Assembly (NCBI GenBank): GCA_031261175.1
Contig: JAISJW010000007.1
Coordinates: 12,204 to 76,203, forward strand
Reading direction: 5' to 3'
Length of the DNA: 64,000 nucleotides
DNA from: Lactobacillales bacterium
GTDB lineage: Bacteria; Bacillota; Bacilli; Lactobacillales; Streptococcaceae
Below, piece by piece: positions 45,410-54,901 of this stretch (position 1 is its first letter; each line of letters opens with the position of its first letter). Position numbers and translations under genes: made by a program. The notes beneath the pieces are model-generated. The model had not been told where the DNA came from and ran no database searches. It saw nothing but the letters and a program-made list of their open reading frames with translations.

Positions 45410-45474
45410 TCGCATCCAAGCCGTTTTTTAACTAATTCAAGACCTGAATTAGTTAAAAAACGGCTTGGATGCGA
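45410..45474. repeat. 30-bp perfect-stem hairpin abutting a stop codon
   Basis: tcgcatccaagccgttttttaactaattca - agacc - tgaattagttaaaaaacggcttggatgcga. It lies directly 3' of the stop of the gene at 45475..46455. Confidence 0.8.
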
Positions 45475-46455
45475 TTAGAACTTTTTAAGAGCAATTATTT
45501 CGTCACACCAAGCGTCAAATTCGGGATCTTCGACTTGAAGTTCCGGTGATGCGAGGAAGTTGAGCGTCGCCTTAGTCAGGCCTTCCGCCATCGTCGTTGT
45601 ACAGACGAACTCAGACGCCACCGCTTTAATTTTTGAATTATCGAACAAGACCGGAACGGCTTTGTCGCCGAACATCTGTCCGCGATAGTTGTAGTGTTCA
45701 CCTAGAACGGCTAAGTCATCTGATGTGATGTGGACAATTTTCACTTCAACACCCGCTGCACGCGCGATTGTTTGATAAATTTGATTCCAACTCATCGTTT
45801 CGTCAGTCGTAATATGATAAGCCTGCTGAGCCGCGTGAGGATTTCCCATCAATGCAACGAAACCTTTTGCGAAATCGCTCGCGTGCGTCATCGTCCACGA
45901 ACTTGTCCCGTCACCCGGTAAAATTACCGGTTTATTTTCGAGCATCCTTTTAACGACTTGCCACGGGCCTTTTTCTCCTTGAACGCAGACCAGCGGCTTC
46001 TCGCTATACGTGTGGCTCGGGCGAACGATTGTCACCGGAAAATCTGGTTCATCAAGGAGAACCCGCTCGCAGTCAGCTTTGAGCGAAGAATAATCCCAAA
46101 ACGGATTGATCAAAGGCGTGCTTTCCGTGATGATCAAATTGACCGGTGGTTTTTGGTAAGCCGAGGCCGTGCTGATGAAAATATATTGGTCAGTATGCCC
46201 TTTAAACAAGCGAATATCGCGTTCGACGTCCGCTGGCACAAAGGCTATAAATTGGGCGACGACATCAAAGTGTAAATCTTTAATGGCGGCAGCCACACTT
46301 GCCTCGTTATTGATGTCGGCGATGATTGAGCCGACGCCCGCCGGCAGTGGTTTGTTGCCGCGGTTTAAGAGTGTGACGTCCCAGCCTTTTTCGATGGCGC
46401 GCTCGACGACGGCCCCCGAGATGTTTCCCGTGCCTCCGATGAATAGTGCTTTCAT
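45475..46455 (-). CDS. NAD-dependent epimerase/dehydratase family protein
   Basis: MKALFIGGTGNISGAVV Rossmann N-terminus. Start taken at ATG 46455 (RBS ggggga), one base after the stop of the upstream small gene. Confidence 0.8.
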   Translation of the reverse strand: MKALFIGGTGNISGAVVERAIEKGWDVTLLNRGNKPLPAGVGSIIADINNEASVAAAIKDLHFDVVAQFIAFVPADVERDIRLFKGHTDQYIFISTASAYQKPPVNLIITESTPLINPFWDYSSLKADCERVLLDEPDFPVTIVRPSHTYSEKPLVCVQGEKGPWQVVKRMLENKPVILPGDGTSSWTMTHASDFAKGFVALMGNPHAAQQAYHITTDETMSWNQIYQTIARAAGVEVKIVHITSDDLAVLGEHYNYRGQMFGDKAVPVLFDNSKIKAVASEFVCTTTMAEGLTKATLNFLASPELQVEDPEFDAWCDEIIALKKF

Positions 46456-46456
46456 G

Positions 46457-46729
46457 CTAATCCCCCGTGATTGTGTAGCCGCGACCAATGAGGTTCGGCG
46501 TGATTTTGCGCCCATCGCTCGTCGTGTAGCCGCGACTGATCAAATTCGGTGTAATCTTGACGCCCTTATTGGTCGTGAACCCCTTACTTATCAGGTTCGG
46601 CGTGATTTTCGTGCCGTGATTACCCGTGTAGCCCTTGCTGAGCAGGTTGGGCGCAAAGTGCTCGCTCGTGCCATTCCCACGATAAACCGTGAAGCCGTTA
46701 TTTATTACGTCAAAAACAATTTTTCCCAT
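46457..46729 (-). CDS. 90-aa protein made of four ~17-aa repeats (K-I-T-P-N-L-I-x-x-G-Y/F-T-T), function unknown
   Basis: Repeats HFAPNLLSKGYTGNHGT / KITPNLISKGFTTNKGV / KITPNLISRGYTTSDGR / KITPNLIGRGYTITGD. GGAG RBS 8 nt upstream. Confidence 0.7.
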   Translation of the reverse strand: MGKIVFDVINNGFTVYRGNGTSEHFAPNLLSKGYTGNHGTKITPNLISKGFTTNKGVKITPNLISRGYTTSDGRKITPNLIGRGYTITGD

Positions 46730-47005
46730 GTCGTCACGCTCCTTTTTCTTATATTATACAACTTAATGCACCGAAAAATGTTGATTTCTAAAGTTTTCGC
46801 CCTTTTTTGCTAAGTAACGGTGCGTATAAAATCTATACGCACCGTTACCTCACAAATATCGCCTGTTTTTTTTTGAATTTAACTTTTTAGTGTGCATTTC
46901 GGGCCAGCGACTACAATTCTTCACCACCCTCGGTTTCCATAATCGTTCTCCTTTTTAGTTTCCGCTATACACCCATCTGCACCCAAAAGACACCTAGAGC
47001 AAGTA

Positions 47006-47036
47006 AAAAGCGAAGCCCTTAAGAACTTCGCCTGTC
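47006..47036 (-). terminator. intrinsic terminator after the ABC-2 permease gene
   Basis: Minus strand reads gcgaag-ttcttaaggg-cttcgc followed by ttttta. Confidence 0.6.
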
Positions 47037-47042
47037 AAAAAT

Positions 47043-48236
47043 TTATTTTTTCTTATTCGCAAAGCGACTCCAAATCGTCGTCCCACTCAACAAGACCGAA
47101 CGTTGGTAGACCTTCGCTGAAACCCAGATGGCAAGTGGCAGAACCACCACCGATACAGCGAACGAGCCTAGCATTTCAGGCAGTCCGATAACCCCCATCG
47201 CAAACGAGGTTGGCGCAACGTAAATCGAAATGAACGGGCACCAAACCGCGATGTGTAGCCAAATCGAATTCGCCGCCAAGGTCATCGGCATATAAATCCC
47301 GGCATACAGCGCGAGCACCGACACCAGCGTGATCGGCATAATCGCCGTCTTCGCGTCATCCTGATTCGACGCCGTCGCCCCGAACGCTGCGAAGACCACC
47401 GCGTAACTCAGATAGCCGACGATAAACCACATCGCCAGAACAATGGCAATTGACCCGACATTAATATCCGGCAATTGCTTCAAGAGCCCGAGACATCCGC
47501 TCGTAATCAGCCCGGCGGCAAGTGGCACCGCAAACTGAACGAAATTGACAATCCCGATCCCAATCACCTTCCCAGCCATCAGCTGAGTCGGTTTCACCGT
47601 CGACAGTAAAACTTCGACGATTTTTCCGCCTTTTTCCTCGGCTATACCTTGGGCAATTAAAGACCCACCCATAAAAATCAAGAAAAACAGCATCATTGAA
47701 CAAGCCAACCCGACAAAATATTTAGACATATTTTTACTAATCGAAGTTTTTTCAAGCGTGTCTTCTTTGATTTTAACATCAGCTGAAGCCTTCATAATTT
47801 CAGCGGGATTTCCACCTAATTTAGCGATGCTTTCTGCTAAATTACCTTGCGAAGCGTAGCTGACTAAGAAAGTTTTCAATTGATCACTCACCGTCGTATA
47901 TTGCGTTTTTGTCACAACTTTGATTTGTGAACCCTTAAGATCGACTAAAATTTTAGCCTTCCCGTTTTTTAGATCAGCCTTACCTTCGGCGTAATCTTTA
48001 ACAATAATAACCTTAGAATTAGCGTCGCCGGTTTTAATTGCCGCCTGCAAACCTGCAGCCGAATCGGTCAAAGCGTACGTGATTTTTTCGGCTGGTTTTT
48101 GTGTAAGATACGCACCCACGCACGAGCCGCCGACTGCACCGACTAACAGGAACGCCATCACGCCTAGAAAGACTTTGTTGAAGATGCGCGTTGTGATTTC
48201 GCGCTTCATGATGATGAAAGTTTTTTTATTAAACAT
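47043..48236 (-). CDS. ABC-2-type transporter permease (NatB/YhaP-like)
   Basis: 397 aa with an N-terminal TM, a large extracytoplasmic loop and five C-terminal TMs. Overlaps the ATPase gene. Confidence 0.75.
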   Translation of the reverse strand: MFNKKTFIIMKREITTRIFNKVFLGVMAFLLVGAVGGSCVGAYLTQKPAEKITYALTDSAAGLQAAIKTGDANSKVIIVKDYAEGKADLKNGKAKILVDLKGSQIKVVTKTQYTTVSDQLKTFLVSYASQGNLAESIAKLGGNPAEIMKASADVKIKEDTLEKTSISKNMSKYFVGLACSMMLFFLIFMGGSLIAQGIAEEKGGKIVEVLLSTVKPTQLMAGKVIGIGIVNFVQFAVPLAAGLITSGCLGLLKQLPDINVGSIAIVLAMWFIVGYLSYAVVFAAFGATASNQDDAKTAIMPITLVSVLALYAGIYMPMTLAANSIWLHIAVWCPFISIYVAPTSFAMGVIGLPEMLGSFAVSVVVLPLAIWVSAKVYQRSVLLSGTTIWSRFANKKK

Positions 48237-48987
48237 TTTCAGTCACCTCCGTTGGAGCTAAGAGCTCTTTGAAAATATGCGATAGCGGCGTCGGAACCTC
48301 GATGGTCTGAGGCACATGCGCTTCTTCGCGCAGCTCCTGCGGCGAACCGTTTTGCACGATGCGACCGCCCTGAATAATCACGACCTTGTCACACAATTCA
48401 TCGATTAATTCAAGTTGGTGTGACGAAAACAGCACGGCAATTCCCGACTTCGCCATCTTCGCAATCGTGTCACTCATATTCGCGACCGCAATCGGGTCGA
48501 GTCCGCTAAACGGCTCGTCGAGAATTAAAATATCAGGGCGCGAAACCAGCGCTGAGGCAAGTTGAACCCGTTGCGCATTCCCAGTTGAGAGAGTCTTCAA
48601 AACCGAATCCGCGTACTGTTCGATGTTGAGTTCGCGGAGCCATTTCGCGACTTCTTCACGGGCATCGTTTTTTGTTAAACCGTGAAGCTCGGCTAGATAA
48701 ACTAGCTGCTCGCCGACTTTCATCTTCGGGTACATCCCGCGCTCGCTCGGCATATAGCCGATATGTCCGCGGTCATCTTGGTTAATCGGTCGCCCATCGA
48801 CTAGAACTTCACCGTTATCGCCGGCTAGGACGCCCATAATAATGCGCATAGTTGTCGTTTTTCCGGCACCATTTGCGCCGACGAATCCCATAATTTCGCC
48901 TGGCTCAATCGCAAACGATACATCAGTTAACGCTTCGATATTTTCGAAGCTTTTTGAAATATTTTTTACTTCTAATTTAGCTGTCAC
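48229..48987 (-). CDS. ABC transporter ATP-binding protein (NatA-like)
   Basis: Walker A GANGAGKTT, signature LSTGNAQRVQLA, Walker B ILILDEP. Confidence 0.9.
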   Translation of the reverse strand: MTAKLEVKNISKSFENIEALTDVSFAIEPGEIMGFVGANGAGKTTTMRIIMGVLAGDNGEVLVDGRPINQDDRGHIGYMPSERGMYPKMKVGEQLVYLAELHGLTKNDAREEVAKWLRELNIEQYADSVLKTLSTGNAQRVQLASALVSRPDILILDEPFSGLDPIAVANMSDTIAKMAKSGIAVLFSSHQLELIDELCDKVVIIQGGRIVQNGSPQELREEAHVPQTIEVPTPLSHIFKELLAPTEVTENV

Positions 48988-49616
48988 TATTTTTCTCCTT
49001 TAATTTTTAATGAATAAATAACTGTGCTGATGATTGATAAAATCAGTGCAGCACTTGCCACGATTAGATTGATCGGCTCGCTTAAGAAAACCGTCAAAAC
49101 GATTACAACTCCTGCTAGGAGGAACGCTGCACCGCCGAAGCGTTGCGTTTTATCCCACAGGATGTCGTCGTTCATGACCCACGGAAAGCGGAAACCGAGA
49201 ACTTTGTTGCGGCGAACTTTCGGGGCATAATTTCCCAAAATCATAAATAAAATTCCGAAGGTGACTAGCGAAATTCCTTCAATCGGAAATTTCAAACCGT
49301 CAGTCACGGCGATTGTGATCGGCGCAACAGCTAGGATAATTACGGTGATAAACAAACTTGTCAAAGGGACGATTTTTCCCGAAGTGTCTTTGACTTGCCC
49401 GTTCGCATCGACCCGAGCGCCATGTCTTGCCACGAGCGTTGCAGTGATGGCGATTAGTGGTAGCAGCAAGATGCTCCACTTGCTCGCGTAGCCGTCGACT
49501 TGCCCCGAGAGGTTCCAGTGGATTGGCATTCTGGTTGGCAGTTTGTCGTTAAAGATTATCAGCGCGAGCAACTCGAGAGCTCCGAGGCCGATTTCGATGT
49601 TAAATAATTTTTTCAT
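48987..49616 (-). CDS. SdpI/DUF1648-family membrane protein
   Basis: The N-terminus (LPTRMPIHWNLSGQVDGYASKW) is DUF1648-like, followed by an SdpI-like TM domain. Sits downstream of an SdpR-type ArsR regulator. Confidence 0.7.
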   Translation of the reverse strand: MKKLFNIEIGLGALELLALIIFNDKLPTRMPIHWNLSGQVDGYASKWSILLLPLIAITATLVARHGARVDANGQVKDTSGKIVPLTSLFITVIILAVAPITIAVTDGLKFPIEGISLVTFGILFMILGNYAPKVRRNKVLGFRFPWVMNDDILWDKTQRFGGAAFLLAGVVIVLTVFLSEPINLIVASAALILSIISTVIYSLKIKGEK

Positions 49617-49617
49617 T

Positions 49618-49881
49618 TTATTCCCCTTTTAGTTTTGCGACCCAACCGACGACTTCCTCGAAAATCGACGTGTTGAGATAGTAAGTGATGAAGGTGCCTT
49701 TTTTCTGCGCGTCGATCAGACCCGCAGCTTTCAGGATTGACAGGTGGTGCGAAATGGTCGCCCCTTTGAGCTCGAAGTGCTCACCAATCTCGCCGGCGTT
49801 CTTCGGACCGGACTTTAGTTGTTCTAGAATTTCGCGTCTCACCGGATCGGCAAGTGCCTTGAGTGTCTCGTTAATTCCCAT
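49618..49881 (-). CDS. ArsR-family autorepressor (SdpR-like)
   Basis: 87 aa: LADPVRREILEQLKSGPKNAGEIGEHFELKGATISHHLSILKAAGLI. Confidence 0.8.
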   Translation of the reverse strand: MGINETLKALADPVRREILEQLKSGPKNAGEIGEHFELKGATISHHLSILKAAGLIDAQKKGTFITYYLNTSIFEEVVGWVAKLKGE

Positions 49882-49903
49882 AATTCCCCTTTGCTGTTTC
49901 GAA

Positions 49904-50000
49904 GTTTATCTAAATAACTAAGATTAGTATATCACTTATTTAGATAAACGTCAAAATATTTATAGAAATTTCTTAATATATTTCGATGTTTATCTAAACA
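49904..50000. promoter_or_regulatory. three copies of a GTTTATCTAAA(T/C)A box upstream of the sdpR-like operon
   Basis: Forward copies at 49904..49916 and 49988..50000, and a reverse copy at 49937..49949. Confidence 0.55.
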
Positions 50001-50016
50001 GCAAAAGCGTATTTTT

Positions 50017-50089
50017 AATTTTGCGAGTATAAACTTGCGGTTTTCGCCTTAATTTTAAACAAAAAGCTGGAGTTTATACTCGCAAAATT
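50017..50089. repeat. 19-bp perfect inverted repeat separated by 35 bp
   Basis: aattttgcgagtataaact ... agtttatactcgcaaaatt. Confidence 0.75.
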
Positions 50090-50184
50090 TAAAGTCCTTC
50101 TATAGTAACTAACAAAAACGGAAATCCAGTTCTTAAGAAAGCTAAGCAATCTTTAAAAGTGTATTGCGACTTTTATTGTGTATA

Positions 50185-50200
50185 GTGTATTATAATACAC
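50185..50200. promoter_or_regulatory. 16-bp palindrome containing a TATAAT box; candidate GntR(YtrA) operator, copy 1
   Basis: gtgtattataatacac. The surrounding ~40 bp is conserved with 52337..52375. Confidence 0.6.
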
Positions 50201-50235
50201 ATAACAAACGAACGAATTCAAAAAGGAGAAAACAT

Positions 50236-51123
50236 ATGTTAGAAATAAAAAACTTATCAAAACAAATCGATGGCGCGACCATCATTGAAAACATCAACTT
50301 AGAAATCGGGGGCAAACAGCTGATCGGTTTAATCGGGCGCAACGGAACTGGGAAAACGACTTTGTTCCGCACGCTAGCTAACTACTACATACCGACAACG
50401 GGAACTTGCACTATCGACGGTCACAACCCGACAAAGGAAACCGACTACCGCGAAGACATCTTCTATATCGACGAGCAGTACAACCCACTCGTTAAGATGT
50501 CACTGAAAAAAAACATCGAGCTTTACGACTTAGCCTACCTAAAATTCGACGCGCAGTTCGCCTTCGACCTAGTCAGAAAAACGCAACTACCTCTTAACAA
50601 GAAATACCGTCAAATGAGTAAAGGGATGCAAGCGCTCTTCAAAATCATCTTAGCCGTTTCATCAAATTCTAAATACATCCTACTAGACGAACCGTTCGAC
50701 GGCCTTGACGTCATCGTTAAGAAAAACGCAATCAGCGTCTTGCTCGACGGCCTAGAACACAGCGAGTCTTCAATCATCATCAGCTCGCACCAACTGCCCG
50801 AGTTGGAATCAATCGTCAGCCGCATCCTGGTTCTCAGAGACCACACGATCGTGCGCGACTATCAACTCGACGAAGCGCGCATCACAAATCGCAAAGTTCA
50901 AATCGCCTTCGCAGACGGCCAAATTCCGACGCTCATCAGCGAACACGCATCGCACATCGAGCAAAACGGCAGCATCATCCTAGCTACCTTCAACAACTAC
51001 AACGCTGGTCTGAAAGCTGAAATCTTAGCGCTAAGCCCGGTCGTGTTCGACGAGCTTGACGTTACACTTGAAGACGTCTTCACCCAAGAACTTAAAAACA
51101 AATCCGACGAACTGGTCGCTTAA
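50236..51123 (+). CDS. ABC transporter ATP-binding protein (module 1)
   Basis: Walker A GRNGTGKTT, signature-like MSKGMQALFK, Walker B LLDEPFDGLD. Start taken at MLEIKNL (RBS aaggag). Confidence 0.85.
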   Translation: MLEIKNLSKQIDGATIIENINLEIGGKQLIGLIGRNGTGKTTLFRTLANYYIPTTGTCTIDGHNPTKETDYREDIFYIDEQYNPLVKMSLKKNIELYDLAYLKFDAQFAFDLVRKTQLPLNKKYRQMSKGMQALFKIILAVSSNSKYILLDEPFDGLDVIVKKNAISVLLDGLEHSESSIIISSHQLPELESIVSRILVLRDHTIVRDYQLDEARITNRKVQIAFADGQIPTLISEHASHIEQNGSIILATFNNYNAGLKAEILALSPVVFDELDVTLEDVFTQELKNKSDELVA

Positions 51124-51139
51124 CATAAGGAGAAAAATC

Positions 51140-52309
51140 ATGGATATCAAATTATTAAAATTAATACTAAAACGCGTCGGCTTCTCAATTGCCGCCCTGT
51201 TCGTTGTAACAATCTTCGCAAGCTACTTCCTAGCTTCGAGCGGCGCAAAGAGCTACGATGCCAATGTCACGCAAAAATTAAGCGAAAACAAGCAAACCAA
51301 AGCAGCCAAAGAACGCGACCAAAACGACAGTGGCTACGACCCCGATTTTTACATTTATCACTACACCGAAGGATCGCAGAATTTCTCGGCAAATCCGCTT
51401 CGCGAGAACTACAAAAAAGCCAACGAGGCTCTGAAAAAATCGCAAGTCCTAGCCATCGGAGCTGACGGCGTTTCGCTCAATTACGAAAACGACAACAACT
51501 ACAGCCAACCGGTTCAACTTGCCTTTGTCTTTGCTTTCTTCCTCGCGGCAATTCTGTTCTTCACCGACACGGTTTCAAACTTCAACAACGTGCTGTTTGG
51601 CACGCGTTACCGCAAATGCCAAATCTTCGCGACAAAATACATCATCGGCCTATTCGCAACAATCATCGCCTTCACCGCGACGAGCTTGACCACTTTCTTC
51701 GCCTACAAAATGGCAATTCCTGAGCACTTCAAGTATCACTTGACCGACCTACTTCCATCGACGGTCAACATGCTAGGCGTCGCCCTTGTCATCTTCACCG
51801 TCATTTGCGCCTTCAGCGCCCTCTTCGGCGGGATCGTTCCCTTCATCATCTTCGTCGTCGCAGTTGTTCCGAGCTTCATCCTATTCCTAGTCGGCCTGTC
51901 AAACATCCTTCACCCGCTAGGACACAGAGCATCTAAGGCAAGTGCCTCGACGAGCGACATCCTGCACCGCTTAGCGTTCGATATCCCGAACTCGCTTAAA
52001 ATCACCAACATGCAAGGCGACTTCCTCGTTTTCGGCTTTTTCCTATTAGTCGCAGCTCTCTTCGTAGCGCTCGGGCTATTCATCTACTCGCGCTCAAGTG
52101 CTGAAAACTCAGGCCAAACAATCTACGCTCGCGGCTTCAAAATCCCGGCTTTCTTCTTTTTGTTGACTTACGCTGGCATCGCCCTTATCCCGAACCTGGT
52201 AAAATCGCCTATTTCATTGGTTGTCTACACGGTCGCAATCACCGCAGCTACTTACTTCTACATCTTCGGTTTCACCAAAGCTGCTCAAGTTAAAAACAAA
52301 TTAGTTTAA
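51140..52309 (+). CDS. ABC-associated multi-pass membrane protein (module 1)
   Basis: N-terminal TM, ~100-aa extracellular segment and five or six further TMs. Paralogue of 53677..54891. Confidence 0.65.
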   Translation: MDIKLLKLILKRVGFSIAALFVVTIFASYFLASSGAKSYDANVTQKLSENKQTKAAKERDQNDSGYDPDFYIYHYTEGSQNFSANPLRENYKKANEALKKSQVLAIGADGVSLNYENDNNYSQPVQLAFVFAFFLAAILFFTDTVSNFNNVLFGTRYRKCQIFATKYIIGLFATIIAFTATSLTTFFAYKMAIPEHFKYHLTDLLPSTVNMLGVALVIFTVICAFSALFGGIVPFIIFVVAVVPSFILFLVGLSNILHPLGHRASKASASTSDILHRLAFDIPNSLKITNMQGDFLVFGFFLLVAALFVALGLFIYSRSSAENSGQTIYARGFKIPAFFFLLTYAGIALIPNLVKSPISLVVYTVAITAATYFYIFGFTKAAQVKNKLV

Positions 52310-52354
52310 GGTTTTGAAAATAATTTAATAAAATCCTTGCACTTCGTTTGTGTA

Positions 52355-52370
52355 TGGTGTATTATAATAC
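52355..52370. promoter_or_regulatory. candidate GntR(YtrA) operator, copy 2
   Basis: gtgtattataatacgc (one mismatch from a perfect palindrome), directly upstream of the GntR gene. Confidence 0.55.
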
Positions 52371-52401
52371 GCATAGAAGTAAATCTGAAAGGAGCACCAT
52401 C

Positions 52402-52752
52402 ATGGTTATCTTAGATAAAAACAGTCCGACCCCGCTTTATGAGCAGATCGCACTCGACATCAAAAAACAAATCAACGCTGGCATCCTGCGTCCCGACGAT
52501 AAATTGCCCTCGGTCCGCGAGCAAGCGAAGGAACTTCTCATCAACCCGATGACAATCTCGAAAGCGTATCAAGCGCTCACCGAAGAAGGCGTCATCGCAT
52601 CGCGCAAGGGGGTCGGCGTGTTCGTCAGCGACTTTCACCACGCTGATGAGGATAAAATTCCGGAACTGCAGAAAAAATTCACACAATTATTAATCGAGCT
52701 TCGTTTCAACGGCGTGTCCGACGAAACCATCATCGAATGGCTCAAAGCCTAG
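52402..52752 (+). CDS. GntR-family transcriptional regulator, YtrA subfamily
   Basis: PLYEQIALDIKKQINAGILRPDDKLPSVREQAKELLINPMTISKAYQAL, with a short C-terminal domain. Confidence 0.85.
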   Translation: MVILDKNSPTPLYEQIALDIKKQINAGILRPDDKLPSVREQAKELLINPMTISKAYQALTEEGVIASRKGVGVFVSDFHHADEDKIPELQKKFTQLLIELRFNGVSDETIIEWLKA

Positions 52753-52763
52753 GGGGTAACAAA

Positions 52764-53651
52764 ATGCTAGAAGTTAAAAACTTAACGACTAAACTTGATG
52801 GCACGACCATCATCGACGATATCAATTTCAAAATCGACACGCAGGAGATCATTGGCCTTGTCGGTCGCAACGGCTCGGGGAAAACGACTCTCTTCCGCAC
52901 TCTCGCAAACATCTACGAAGCCGACGGCGGCGAGTACCTGGTAGATTCAGAAAATCCGGGCAAGTCCCCGGCGCTCCGCGAGGATATTTTCTATATTGAT
53001 GATTCTTATAATCCTTTAAAATCGAATACACTTAAGAAAAATATCGAATTATTGGATTTAATTTATTTGAAATTCGATGCTAAATCGGCATTTGATTTAA
53101 TAGAAAAAACAAAATTACCTTTAAATAAAAGATTCCGTTCTTTGAGTAAAGGGATGAAAGAATTGTTCAAAATCATCTTAGCTGTTTCTTCTAATGCAAA
53201 CTATATTTTGCTCGACGAACCGTTTGATGGACTTGACCCAATCGTTAAGAAAAACGCAACTAAACTTATCTTAGATCGTTTAGCTGAAAGCGGATCTTCA
53301 ATCATTATCAGCTCGCACAACTTAAGCGAACTTGAAATGATCGTAAGTCGCGTTTTAATCTTAAAAGATCACACGATTGCCCGTGATTATGAATTAGATG
53401 AAGTTAGATCTTCGAGCCGCAAGGTTCAACTTGCCTTCGAGACAGCCGAACTTCCTGCTATTATAACTGACAACGCATCGCACATTGAGCGTAACGGGCG
53501 TATAATTACGGCGACGTTTGAAAGTTATAACGATAATCTGAAAGCAGAAATTCAAGCGTTGAACCCACTGTTGTTCGAAGAACTTTCAGTTACTTTAGAC
53601 GACGTCTTCGCCCAAGCGCTTCAGACTGACTCAGATGACTTCACTGTTTAG
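52764..53651 (+). CDS. ABC transporter ATP-binding protein (module 2)
   Basis: Walker A GRNGSGKTT and Walker B LLDEPFDGLD. Colinear paralogue of 50236..51123. Confidence 0.85.
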   Translation: MLEVKNLTTKLDGTTIIDDINFKIDTQEIIGLVGRNGSGKTTLFRTLANIYEADGGEYLVDSENPGKSPALREDIFYIDDSYNPLKSNTLKKNIELLDLIYLKFDAKSAFDLIEKTKLPLNKRFRSLSKGMKELFKIILAVSSNANYILLDEPFDGLDPIVKKNATKLILDRLAESGSSIIISSHNLSELEMIVSRVLILKDHTIARDYELDEVRSSSRKVQLAFETAELPAIITDNASHIERNGRIITATFESYNDNLKAEIQALNPLLFEELSVTLDDVFAQALQTDSDDFTV

Positions 53652-53676
53652 TCACTAAATACCTAGGAGAAATACT

Positions 53677-54891
53677 ATGGATAAAAATCTATTTAAAATC
53701 ATATTTAAACGTGCCGGACTACTCATCGTTGGCTTGTTCGCTCTATCGATGCTAATTACAGCAATCGGGGCTAGCAACGGAGCTTCATCTTATAATGCGT
53801 ATATCAAACAATCTATCGAAAGCAACTCGCTTACTAAAAACTATATCGCTAAGCATAAAAACGATAGCGATTTTCACGCCGACGAGACGTTCTATATAGG
53901 CTCTTCAACTGACGGAACAGATCTAACCTCTCATCATTATGCCAACTATAAAGAAGCTAACAATTCTTTAAGAAAAGAACAAATTTTACAAGTATTAAAA
54001 ACGAGTGGTTATCAACATAACACTACCTATTCAGTCTTCGTAGCTCTAATCGTTGCTGCTGCAGTAATTATCGGAATTGCACTCTTCGCGACCGATACAT
54101 TCACTAACTTCAACGTTTTCTTGTTTAATAATCGCTACAAAAAATGGCAGATTTTTACTGCTAAATATTTAGTCGGCTTAGTTGCTACTATCATCACATT
54201 CTTTACTGCTAACCTAATAAATTTCGCGACCTATAAAGCGATCACTCCTGAACATTTCCACTATAACTTCTTCGATTTGTTCCCGACTTCGCTTAATGCC
54301 TTATTGATATGCATCTTCTTCTTTAGCGGAGCTGCACTTGCCGGGGTTCTCTTTGGCGCACTTGTTCAATTAGCTATTTTCGCAGTCGCTGTAGTTCCGA
54401 GCTTCATTTTATTCTTACTTAGTTTGATTGAGATTATAAGTCACGGGCCGGTTGCTATGAATACATATACTACAAGTGCTAACGGAGTTGTTACCGTAAC
54501 TCACAACAAAGACGTGAACCCTCTTGTGAAATTCTTCTACGATTTTGGAACTAATATGAATGTATCTATAAGCAATAGCCACCCCTGGATAATCGGTCTA
54601 TTAATATTACTCGCCGCAAGCGTTGTTCTATTCGTTCTCGGTGTTGTGGTTTACTCTCTTGGTCGCAGCGCTAATCGCGGACGTGCGATTTACGCTAAAG
54701 GTCTTGAATTGCCTGGGTTTATCGTTTTAACAATCTATTCACTTATCGCAATCATCGGAAATCTTTGGAGTGGCGGTAGCGGTCTCGGATTCGGCTGGCT
54801 AGTAGTATTCTTTGTCGGCATCGTGATCGCAAGCTACATCTACATCTACGGATTCCGCGGAATCGTTAAATTAAAAAATAAATTCAGTTAG
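53677..54891 (+). CDS. ABC-associated multi-pass membrane protein (module 2)
   Basis: Same topology and shared motifs (FNNRYKKWQIFTAKYLVGL vs FGTRYRKCQIFATKYIIGL) as 51140..52309. Confidence 0.65.
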   Translation: MDKNLFKIIFKRAGLLIVGLFALSMLITAIGASNGASSYNAYIKQSIESNSLTKNYIAKHKNDSDFHADETFYIGSSTDGTDLTSHHYANYKEANNSLRKEQILQVLKTSGYQHNTTYSVFVALIVAAAVIIGIALFATDTFTNFNVFLFNNRYKKWQIFTAKYLVGLVATIITFFTANLINFATYKAITPEHFHYNFFDLFPTSLNALLICIFFFSGAALAGVLFGALVQLAIFAVAVVPSFILFLLSLIEIISHGPVAMNTYTTSANGVVTVTHNKDVNPLVKFFYDFGTNMNVSISNSHPWIIGLLILLAASVVLFVLGVVVYSLGRSANRGRAIYAKGLELPGFIVLTIYSLIAIIGNLWSGGSGLGFGWLVVFFVGIVIASYIYIYGFRGIVKLKNKFS

Positions 54892-54901
54892 GGGATTCAT
54901 T

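Noticed and set aside
46860-46960. A 9-codon upstream ORF (METEGGEEL) with a strong RBS lies ahead of the repeat-protein/epimerase operon and could be a leader peptide.
   Set aside because: It is too short and has no accompanying alternative-hairpin architecture that I could see. A separate promoter-like sequence lies downstream of it, so it is probably coincidental.
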